DNA from: Cyanophora paradoxa CCMP329
Lineage: Eukaryota > Plantae > Glaucophyta
Assembly (NCBI GenBank): GCA_004431415.1
Contig: QPMI01000057.1
Location: forward strand, 62,001-126,000
DNA: 64,000 nucleotides
Reading direction: 5' to 3'
Shown here: piece by piece, positions 49,901-59,618 of the stretch
Layout of the letters: every line of letters starts with the position of its first letter
How positions within the stretch are numbered: position 1 is the first letter of the stretch
Translations under genes and position numbers: made by a program
The notes under the pieces: generated by a model
The model's input: the letters and a program-made list of their open reading frames with translations, nothing else
Databases searched by the model: none
Told to the model about the DNA's origin: nothing

Positions 49901-50088
49901 GCAGGTCTCGGACACTGCAGCGCCCATCGCCGCGAAAGCTGCCGAGAGCCCTTGAACGTGCTCCGGAAAACCGCATGCGGACGCGTTTGGCGCAGAGGCA
50001 CAGCCTGGGCGCCAGAGCTGTCGACGGGCAAGATTGCTGGCGCTGCTGGGAGCCCCAAAAGAGGGACGGCGAACGCTGCGGCTGCCAT
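46980..50088 (-). CDS. DXS: 1-deoxy-D-xylulose-5-phosphate synthase, plastid-targeted, multi-exon
   Basis: [47 protein letters not shown]...[41 protein letters not shown]. The N-terminal [11 protein letters not shown] extension resembles a transit peptide. The last exon is uncertain. Confidence 0.96.
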
Positions 50089-50221
50089 GCCGGCTCTCCC
50101 TGCAGAATCAGCGGCAACCTCGTACCCCAACGTTACGGGGTACTTGCATTCGACATTTTTTTCGGCATGCCTGCGCGCTGCGCTGCGTACGACGTTGAAG
50201 TCACAATACGACCGCCACAGA

Positions 50222-51075
50222 ATGGAAGCCGCTGCTCGCGCGTGGGCTGCAGTGGATCTGCGCCCTGGAACCGCGCACGGCCCAGTTTCAGCGCGGCGGT
50301 CAGCTGGAAAGGCGCCCAAGAAGCGAGGTCGCACTTCGGGGCAAACAGTCGAGGAAGGAGAGATAGTACAGAGTCCTGCAGTGCCTCGAATCTCATCCTC
50401 CAGCGCTAGCGCTAGCGCCAGTGGACACAATGAGAGAGAGCGAACCCGGCCAGCTTGCAAGTTCTGGCAGAATGGCGCCTGTAACAAGGTGCTCTCCTGT
50501 GTATTCTTCCTTTTCAATAGAATTGCCCGGCTAAACCAGCCTTCGAGTATTTATCTCGTTAAACGAAAGGATTGACCTGACCAATCGCCCGAAGGGCTTG
50601 GAGTGTCCTTTCGAGCATGTCGGGCAGCCAGAGAAGAAGGAAGATGTATGCAAGTTTTTTCTCTCTGGCTGCTGCCGGAAAGGCGAGCAATGCATCTTCT
50701 CGCATGATATCCTTTTTGTGAAATTCAAATTCATGTCGCCTGGCGTGGACCGTGATGCTGCTGTCAATGACACGCAAGAAACATTCGGCGAAGGTTCCCT
50801 GCAAGTTTTTCCTCGCAGGAAGCTGTCTGAAAGGGGAGACGTGTCCTTTCTCGCATCATTCTACATGATTTCAGTCCGCATTAGGCCGCCACGGCGCCGG
50901 TGGGACAGCCATTTCGCAATGCATCTGCATATTCAATGTAACCGACTTCGAATTCCCAATACAGCTTTATTATAATTAACGGTATCGCCATTCACTTTCA
51001 CGTCGGGCCCCTGCAGAGACTGGGCGGCTGACGAAGCAGAAGACAGCTGCTGAGGCGTCGGACGAGTCTGAGTAG
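50222..51075 (+). CDS. Tandem CCCH zinc-finger protein (three fingers)
   Basis: CKFWQNGACNK|GLECPFEH, CKFFLSGCCRKGEQCIFSH, PCKFFLAGSCLKGETCPFSH; 3' end approximate. Confidence 0.8.
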
Positions 51076-52245
51076 CTAGCTGATCGTGATAGCCTGCCAA
51101 TCAGCGATTTCGATGCGATGATTAACCAGAATAGAACCTGAAAAACAGGCTTTGCCAGGATAAGCCTAGGGCATGCGACTGTGATCAAACTGATCAGACT
51201 GGCAGCTGCAGCCTCGACTGTGAGTATATTACTGTGGCGGGCTGTGATATGGATTTGGTGATCACAAGCATTGGCCCTCCGATTGCAAGCCTTGAGTTGG
51301 AATTATTTTGGAAGGCTCTGATCTCAATTGCAAGCTGTCCTCAGCCGCAGCCCTGGCAAGGCTGTGATCTGGATTTCGAATTCAGGGGAGAGCTTGATTT
51401 CGGGGCTGTGATTTGGATCTCAAGGGAACTTGGGAACCTCAATTTCGACTGCTAAGGCTAGGCTAGAGCAAGAGCCTGGCGTGGACCGTGATGCTGCTGT
51501 CAATGACACGCAAGAAACACCTGCCCTTCCCCGCCCCTAATTATAACCTGCAATCCCACGTCAATGTCAATGGTGCAATCCAGAGCGGCGATGCCAGAAA
51601 TGGCTCTTACCGCGTATAAAAAGTTTGTTTTGGAGAAGGCGGTGCAACAGAGCATGCTCGATGTCGTCTCGAACGACCTGAAGGACTACATCTGCGACGA
51701 TGTTTTCACAATCATTGAATTGAACAGTCAAGCGATGACATGCTTAAAATCTTCGAGGCCGGGAAGGATTTCGAGTTCCAGGCGCAGTTGACTCTCTTAG
51801 CTCAGTAATCTCAATTGCGTTCAGCGTGCGTACTACGCCTGTCGACGTCTGGCCATGGGCTACGCCTGTGTACTACGAAGAGGTTAGAGTAAATCACATG
51901 CTTCAGTACGTGTCCAAATGCGCATTCTCTCATATATATATATATATATAGCCTTCCGCTCAGTGCTGCCTATCTTTGCGCTGGGCAAACTTTCAGTTGA
52001 AAATTTTCTTGCAAACTTTGAGTTAATTTTCATCCCCGCGCGGCCCTCCATCTCAATTGCAGGCTAGCGCTCAATCTCGCTAGTGCTTGATCTAGATCTC
52101 TCGAGCTCGCCCGGCGGCCTGCAGCTGGCTACTTGTGCTAGCTCGAGGGAAACTTTGATTTCTGGCGGGCCCGGGTGGCCACTAGCTGGGCCAGACTGTG
52201 TTTTTGGTTTTGAGGCATATATATAGGCGGCGGTTGCAATTGTTG

Positions 52246-52428
52246 CTCTTTCTACGCTACGGGCGCGCCGGACCTCCTACCTACAGCGCTTTAACTGTAC
52301 CCGTGCTGTTAGGGATAGAGCGTAACCCGCAGGGACTGGTGCCCTGATGGGGAAAAGGGGATGGGAGCCTAGCTAGCTACGAGCCGAGCAGGCGCTTCGC
52401 GTCCACGCCCGTGCCGTAGCGGATGAAG
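52246..52428. repeat. Family E repeat, copy 2; followed by a block matching 23150-23200 and by TAATCG minisatellite units
   Basis: Near-identical to 22554-22737. Confidence 0.9.
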
Positions 52429-52979
52429 GATAATAATAAGCTTGCCAAGTTGCAATTGAGACCTCAACCAACTTTTTTTGGCAAGTTGGACGAAAGTTGA
52501 ACGTTAACGAAAGTTGAACGTCGTAATCGCAACGTTAACTTAGCAACTCTGATTCCGATCGTAATCGCAACGTTAACTTAGTAACTCTGATTCCGGTCGT
52601 AATCGCAACTCTGATTCCGATCGTTTGGCCTTCACGTCCTTGTCGTCCACTCCCCGCGCGCGCTTTAGCTTCTTCTCCAGCTTCGCCAGCTTCTTATCTG
52701 CCAGGCATAGGCTTCGGCGCTCAGCGAGGGGACAGGTTCGCGATTACGAACATTGCGATTACGAACATTGCGATTACGATTACGATTAGGCCCTGCAGCT
52801 GAGGGGCTGGACCCGATTACGATCAGGCCAAATCACTATTATGCCCGCTTGGCTTCACCTCAAACGTGCACCTCAAACTTGTAGTCCCGGCGGGTTGTGA
52901 TTTGGATTCGGAAACTTGTAGCGCCGGCGGGTTGTGATTTGGATTCCAGTGCCACGGTGGCGCCGGCGGGTTGTGATTG

Positions 52980-53166
52980 GACATCTGATCTTTTATCTTA
53001 AGCCAAGCAGAGCACTTCGAATTCGATTTCCATTTGCGTATGCAACTGAGCCCAGGCGAGACCATGAACTGTGCCGTGGCGTTGTCCGGCCTCGCAATCG
53101 CTGACCGGACCCTACCTAACTCAGAAACAGCTATAGCCAGATACCGCGATTGTCATGTCAAAATAC
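52980..53166 (+). mobile_element. Family A/B element right end overlapping the stop codon of the qRRM gene
   Basis: CAACTGAGCCCAGGCGAGACCATGAACTGTGCCGTGGC...AGCCAGATACCGCGATTGTCATGTCAAAATAC. Confidence 0.85.
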
Positions 53167-54564
53167 AACCGTCACGGTGATCGGGGTGCCGCCTTCATAA
53201 AACGGGAGGAAACTTTTCTCCCGCACTGCTCTTGCCACCTTACCACCAGGTTAATTTCTGTGACACAAAGGGGGGGAAAGACACACCTCTTCCCTTGATG
53301 CGAGGGTGACAAGGGCTGTCTTAGTGCGGAAAGGACCCCAGCCTGACCCTGCCTTCGCAGCACTTCCAGCAAGCAGGGGAGGTTTGAAAGGGGATACAAT
53401 CTATACAATCAATAATGTTAGCTCTGGTATACAAGAGACATAGCATAGAAAGCAGGATGCAAACCGAGATGCCGTCAGCTGGAACCTTGTAACCACGGAA
53501 GAAATCCCGTACTTCACTGGGCGTGGCTCTTTCTGGAAGATTGGCGACCTATGCATGAGCGAATAAGGGAAGTTCGGATCTGCAGAACTGGGGCGATTGC
53601 TGCAGCGCTCGCGGCGCACGACAACAGTGAGGCCCGGCTGCTGCATGCGCTTCTTTGGGAGCATATCGAGAACCTCGGCCAGGATGCGCTGCACGGCGAG
53701 TCCGGCATCAGCGTCAGAAGTCAACTGGGCATTTGCGCGCGCACGACATCAGGCCGGACAGAGAGAAGACCAATGTCGCGCGCCGGTGCGAGCTTCGCGC
53801 GAGCCTCGTGCGCTGCCGCGTTGTTGATGAAGCGCGCGTACCACATGTGCGTCGGCTGATAATCGCTTCCTGGCACCGCGTGCACGCTTGTCGGCTCCGC
53901 TCCCACCTGCGCGCCCCCTCCTCCTTGGCGAGGCCTGCTACGGCAAGGCGTTCGGGCCGCACCTGGCGAAAGAAGTGTAGGATGTCCTCGGGCACGGCTG
54001 TGAGCGGCACGTTATACAAGAGAATGACCCGCTCCTCGGACGCCTTCCGCGCAGTCAGCTCGCCGCGCATCGTGCGCTGAACGGCACCGCACCGCCCGCT
54101 CTGTTCTCGTGTCGCGTTCGGATAGCTCCCGGCGCGCCATGAGCTCCTTCAGCATTGGATCGATCCGTGCTGCGCCTTTGCGGGCAGTCACTGGCAACTG
54201 CCCCCGGCTTTTGTCCGCTCGGATCGGTATCTTCGGCTGCGGCGCCTCGGTCCGGACAGCTGCATTCGCTGGCGGCTGCTCTGGGACGCTGGCAGCCTCC
54301 TCTGCGGCCGTGTGACGGGGCACCCAAGCGCAAGCGCACGCGCAGGCCGAATACCTGTTGTTCGGGGATCGCGTTCCGCTCCCTCCGCATCTGCGGCCGC
54401 AACTCGGGCACCGCTCATCGCAGCGCGATGAGGGACGTACCGGTTGGTTGAGGATGCGAGTTCGATCCTGTACTAAACCACCTCGCGCTGCTTCGCGCGC
54501 GCGATGCAAGCTCCGTCGTAGCGCTACCGCTCTTGGCCGCTCGTGCAGCAATCCGCCGGAGCAT
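53158..54564 (-). CDS. Probable mitochondrial RNA-binding protein with two RRM/qRRM-like domains
   Basis: Presequence-like MLRRIAARAAKSG...ARWFST; ILLYNVPLTAVPEDILHFF; VANLPERATPSEVRDFFRGYKV...TALVTLASREE|VARAVREKSFLPFYEGGTPITVTVVF*. Confidence 0.72.
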
Positions 54565-54614
54565 GGGGGAGATAAACGAAAGGGGTACATCCGCGTTCCG
54601 GCGTCTGCCCCCAG
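54565..54614. promoter_or_regulatory. 50-bp spacer between the divergent start codons of the qRRM gene and SLU7
   Basis: Contains GATAAA and GGGGTAC. Confidence 0.6.
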
Positions 54615-57017
54615 ATGGCGTCCAGTACAGGCGAGCGCCTCTCGTCGTCCGAGTTTAAGAAGCGAAAGGAGCTAGAGGAAGCCCGCAAGGTGACTTTTGC
54701 GCCTCCAGTGCTCTACAGCCCCTGACGCCGCCGCAGGCCGGAACGGTCGCCCCGGAAGTCGACGAAGACGGAAAAGAGGTGCGGCTTCATGCTTCCGCCC
54801 TCGAGTCTGCTCTGAGCGCATGCCTCCGCTCAGATCAACCCGCACATCCCGCAATACATCGCACAAGCGCCATGTGCATTGCCCAAACGGGCCCCTGTGC
54901 GCTGGATCTGATGTGCCCGCAGGGTACCTCAGCGCGAGTGGAGCTCCGGGCCTGAAGCATCAGCGGAACTTCAAAGGCGTTGGTCTCAGCTCAACAGAGA
55001 AGAACTGGCACGAGCGAGGCATCGCCGTGCGCGGACAGCGGCGCGCGCGAGCGCCCGGCGCCCCACTGACCCGCTCAACAGTCGAGCGCCGCGAGGACAT
55101 TCCGAAAAGGAGCGTGTACGAACTGCGGCGCGATGACACATGAAGCCAAGGTCTCCAGGACCGCGGCGGCTGCAATCACTAGCTGCATGTGCTCACGGAG
55201 CTACGCAGTTCTGCGTCGAACGACCTCGAAAACTTGGTGCGAGGTGGACGGGTCAGGATATCAAGGTAAGTTGCAGCGCCGCGCTGTAGTGCGGGCGGCG
55301 ACAGAGGGGACCTACAGCCGGACGAGTTCATTCGGGAGGCCTCGCTCGACTACGACGGAAAGCGCGATCGCTGGAACGGATACGACGCCTCGATGCACCG
55401 GGAGGTCGTGGAGAGTACGCGGCACGCCCCTGCACCCATTCGGGAAGTTTGACGGCGCGCAGTGCACGAGGAGATCGAGAAAGAGCGGCGCGAGATCAAG
55501 AAGAAGCAGATTGAGAAGACTCTGCTCGAGGGGGCCAACTCAGGCTCCGACTCGTGCGAGCGCTAGCTTCGCGCTCCCCTGCGTTCGCCGGTCACCAGGC
55601 GGCAGGGAGTCCAAGAAGAAGGCGAAGCCGAAGAAGGTGCGGGGGGACAAGGCTGAGGGGGAGAGCTCGAGTGATGAGGAGGTGGCACCTGTGGCGGTGC
55701 CAACAGGAGAAGAGATGCTCAAAGAGGATATGCTGGAGGACGAGTCGGTGGCCCCATTCCAGCGGGTACGTGGTCGGTGGGCCGGCCAGGTGGGGCGACG
55801 CGTATGCAAACTGGCCGGGGACAGATGGACGCAAAGTCGCGGACAACTATTCGCAACCTGCGCATTCGTGAGGACACTGCCAAGTACCTGCGGAATTTGG
55901 ACGTGAACTCGGCCTACTACGACCCCAAGACACGTTCTATGAGAGAGAACCCGCTTCCGAACTCGGATCCCAACGAGCAGCTATACCAAGGAGACAACTT
56001 TGTGAGGCAAACCGGCGACTTTGCCAAGTTTGCGGGACTTATGAGCTTTGAGATGGAAGCTTACGACAAGGGCACTGACGTTCACATGACGGTGCCCTGG
56101 GCCGGCAGGCTGTCCACGCAACTCGGCGCTCGCTAAGAGCCCACCGCAATCCAGGCAATGCCGAGCCAGGCGGAGATGGCTTACAAGGAATTCAAGGTGA
56201 AGAAGGAAGAGCTCAAGAAAAAGCAGCGGGAGGAGGTGCGAGGAGGGCAGCGGGCCTCAAAGCTTGCGTTTCATTCCAGGCTTGTGTGACCAGTGGCGCC
56301 CCAGATTCTCTCGAAGTATGGGGCGGCGACGCAAGAGGAGGAGAAGCTGCCACGGGAGCTGCTGCTGGCCCAGACGGAGGCTTACGTCGAATACAGCCGC
56401 GATGGGAAGATTATCAAGGGTCTCGCCAAGGCCGTCCCGAAGTCAAAGTACGAGGAAGACGGTCTGTCGCCCTGCCTAGCGTGCTTGGAGGCGATTTGGC
56501 GTGCGTGGGCGCTGACAATGTAGTGCGGGCAGTTCGTATCAACAACCACACCTCTGTGTGGGGATCGTACTGGTACAAGGGGAAGTGGGGCTTCGCGTGC
56601 TGCCACCAGCTGGTGAAGAATGCGTACTGCACGGGCGAGGCGGGAAAGGCGGCGGCGGATGCAGCGGCAGACTCGATCGTCGCTTCCCTCAAACAGGCCG
56701 TCAACGAGGAGCATGAGCGAAAGGCCCGTGAGGAGGAGGAAAAGACGCGACGCCGCAAGCTTGCCGAAGCCGAGCGCGAACAGTGCAACGATGTTCGCTG
56801 CCTGCCTCTGTGTGCACGCTGGGCCAAGCTGACACGGGGTGGGCAGGCCGATGACCGCAGACGCCCGTACAATTCAAGTCGGGAGATCCGGGACGTCACG
56901 GAGGAGGACATGGAAGAGTATCGTTTGAAGCGCATCCGCTCCGACGATCCTATGGCAGCATTCTTTGCAGAGCGTGAGCATGAACAAGAAGCCGTACCAC
57001 GAGAGCGGCGCAAGTGA
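54615..57017 (+). CDS. SLU7: Pre-mRNA splicing factor SLU7, multi-exon
   Basis: KELEEARK|[14 protein letters not shown]|[85 protein letters not shown]. Confidence 0.96.
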
Positions 57018-57459
57018 ACCCATCCTTCGCAAAAGTGCTCTTCGCTAGTTGGGTACTTGGGGTCTTGTCAGTTACTCTTCCATAGCTAGACATGACTATA
57101 GCCTAGTAGCTAGCTATGGTGCTGGAACCCGGCCACGCCTGGCCCGGGCCCTCGGGGGGTCAAACAGAGCACTGCCAGCTCACCAGGCGATACGCCTGAG
57201 AGATTAGGCCCTCAGGGGCGACGATTAGGGAGGGCCTGGCGAGGAGCAGCTACGCTGGATGGAAGGGGGACTCCGGGAATTCGAAGTGCTAGCATGCAAG
57301 GCTGGCAATCGAACTAGAACTCAATCGCAAGATCCGGGGTTGCCAAAGTTGGAGCTCGCGATCGAGAGGGCCTCCGGGCTTCACAAGCGTACTGGCCATG
57401 GGGGCTGTGATTTTAGAGGCCTAGTGCTGGATTTTCAAGTTTTTTGGACTAGTCCTTGA

Positions 57460-57650
57460 TTTGCGGACCGCAGTACTAAAAACGCAAGGGCGGCCGATCC
57501 TGGCTACAAGTGTGGGCGACCCCACGACCGCCGCGACCCCGCGGTCGGGCCCACTGGGCCAGCCCGCTCCCCTTTTCGAACTGACCCCTTTTCGCCCCCC
57601 CAGCCCGGCGCAAGCTGACTCCATGTCGGGCCCCCAGGGCCTGTAGCAAT
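57460..57650. mobile_element. Diverged or rearranged family A/B fragments
   Basis: GTACTAAAAACGCAAG...GGCTACAAGTGTGGG on +, and GCTGACTCCATGTCGGGCCCCCAGGGCC as the interior on -. Confidence 0.6.
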
Positions 57651-57919
57651 AAATTTTCGTGCAGCCTCGGGTCGGGAGGGAGGGGGTAAAAGTTCGCGTT
57701 CTAGAAAGGTTTCGCCCCCCCTTGGCCAATTCCGCAATAGGGTTGTCGTTCTTGCACAATCGGCCAATAGGATTTCGAGGCCCCAAAGAATCCATCCCCC
57801 CTCCCCCCCCCTATACCGCCACAGAATTAGAAGTGTGAAAAGTAGAACCTCGGGTCGTTACCCTCGCTCTGCTCACTGAGTCAGGTCGACCCGAGGCTGA
57901 TAAACTTGAAAATAGGAGC

Positions 57920-58173
57920 TTCCGCCACCGCTCCGAGCTGGAGACGACCCCCGCCGCCAAAAGACGTGATATCGATGCCGCACCCACCGTGTGGGCACAT
58001 GTAGCTATTTAGCTAGCCAGAGTGTCCATGGGAAAATGCATTACTCCCCTCAGGGGGCCACGCAGGGCCCGGCCGGCCAGTTCGCTGGTGGGCTGGGCCC
58101 GCGGCCACGGCGGCCGCAGTGTACATCCCACACTTGTAGCCCGGACTTGCGTTTTTAGTACGTGTCCAAATGC
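57920..58173 (-). mobile_element. Family A/B element, left end 19 nt after the GPN3 stop
   Basis: Minus strand reads GCATTTGGACACGTACTAAAAACGCAAGTCCGGGCTACAAGTGTGGGATGTACACTGCGGCC...GCGGTGGCGGAAG. Confidence 0.85.
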
Positions 58174-58192
58174 TCAGCGCGTATTGTACGAA

Positions 58193-59323
58193 TTAAGGGT
58201 TGGGCGTGTATTCTGTTTCTTGATCGATTTCGGATTCACGTGCTTCGCGAGTCTCAGCATCCTCTCCGTACTGGATGGCGTTGTCGATCTCCACGAGAAG
58301 GTTAGCGAGCCCGTCTTCATCACTGTAATCCAGCGGCACAAACTGAACCATGCTGTAATCCTCCATCTGGATACCATTGGAATTGGCTGAGGACTCGAGC
58401 TGGGGAACGCACGAGAGAGGCCACAGCAGAGTTGAGAGCGCGAAATCGATCGCCGGTCTGATTCGTGAGTTCCTCTACGAGAGCAGGCACATCGGGATCG
58501 AGGTAGCTTTCAATTCGCTTTTTCAACTTCTTCGGCAAGAGGTCCATCTTCGTGACGACATTGACGTGAGGCAGGGCAAGTCCCACCTACATATCACTTA
58601 ATGCTCGCGTATATGGAGGCGCGAGGTGGGGCGGGCCATGGCGGAGAGACACATAGTGGAGCCGGCGATGAACTTGGCGGCATCGGAGAGAAAGTGCGAA
58701 TCGAGAAGGCACACCGCGCACACGTTAAAACCCCACCTCTGAAGGTTTTCTGCCAGGCTCCGCATTACCGGAAGATGGCTGTACAGCTCGATCTGCCCTG
58801 CGGCAGGATGTCGGTGCCGGCTGCAGCGAACGCAGGAGAGCATGCGCCGCACCAGGGCAATCGAAGACGAGGTAATCGTCATCCAGATACTCGTCCACCT
58901 GTTCCTTGAACCAGTCAATGTTCTCCAGCAAGTACCTGGCCTGCCCGTCAGCCTGCGCGCCCCGGCAGTCTTCGCGGCTCACTCCATGCAGTACACGAGA
59001 CCGCCGTTTGGGCCGTAGCCAAGCTCGGACATGACGTCGTCCAGGCTAATGAGGTCCCGTATGTCTGCGGAGGCGAGTCGCGCGGCGCCTCGCGCGGCAT
59101 TGCCTCGCGCTGGCGCACCGAATGCGACGGGATAACTGAAGTTCTCGGCCGCCGGGTCGAGGTTGACGATATGCACTGTCCGTCGCACATTCTCACAATG
59201 CGTCCGCAGCTGGTCACAGTACGTGGACTGCGGTGCGCTAGTGAGCGCTTGCAGCACAGCCGCAACGACTCGACACACCTTGCCAGACCCTGCAGGGCCG
59301 ATGACAAGTTGTGCATGACGCAT
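58193..59323 (-). CDS. GPN3: GPN-loop GTPase 3, multi-exon
   Basis: [15 protein letters not shown]|[66 protein letters not shown]. Confidence 0.95.
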
Positions 59324-59618
59324 TGTCGATACGGCGAGGCGGCCGCGCTGTAGCCGTACCCTCGCTGCTTGCAGCTAGTGCTACGATATACGCTGCTAGG
59401 CTATATATCTCTTGTGCAGAATCCTCGGAAAGCCAGCCTTCATATCGACATGCCGGCGTTGCGGAACTTCAGCAGCGGGAGCCTTTTTCCAACGAAGCCG
59501 CGAACTTACCCGTACCCCTGCCCTAGACCGGCCGCCGGTGGGTCACCGGCCGCCGGCGAAGACCGCCCCGTGGCTTTCTGCGGGCCGTGCGGCTGAGTGC
59601 GCTTTGATAAACCGAAAC

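Noticed and set aside
51564-51791. 75-aa ORF in the CCCH/qRRM spacer
   Set aside because: The composition is protein-like but I see no recognisable domain, splice context or promoter motif; it may be a TE fragment.
58040-58120. HDV-like ribozyme or SRP-like RNA in the family A/B hairpin
   Set aside because: Only a simple GC-rich stem-loop is visible; I could not build the nested double pseudoknot or the SRP motifs.
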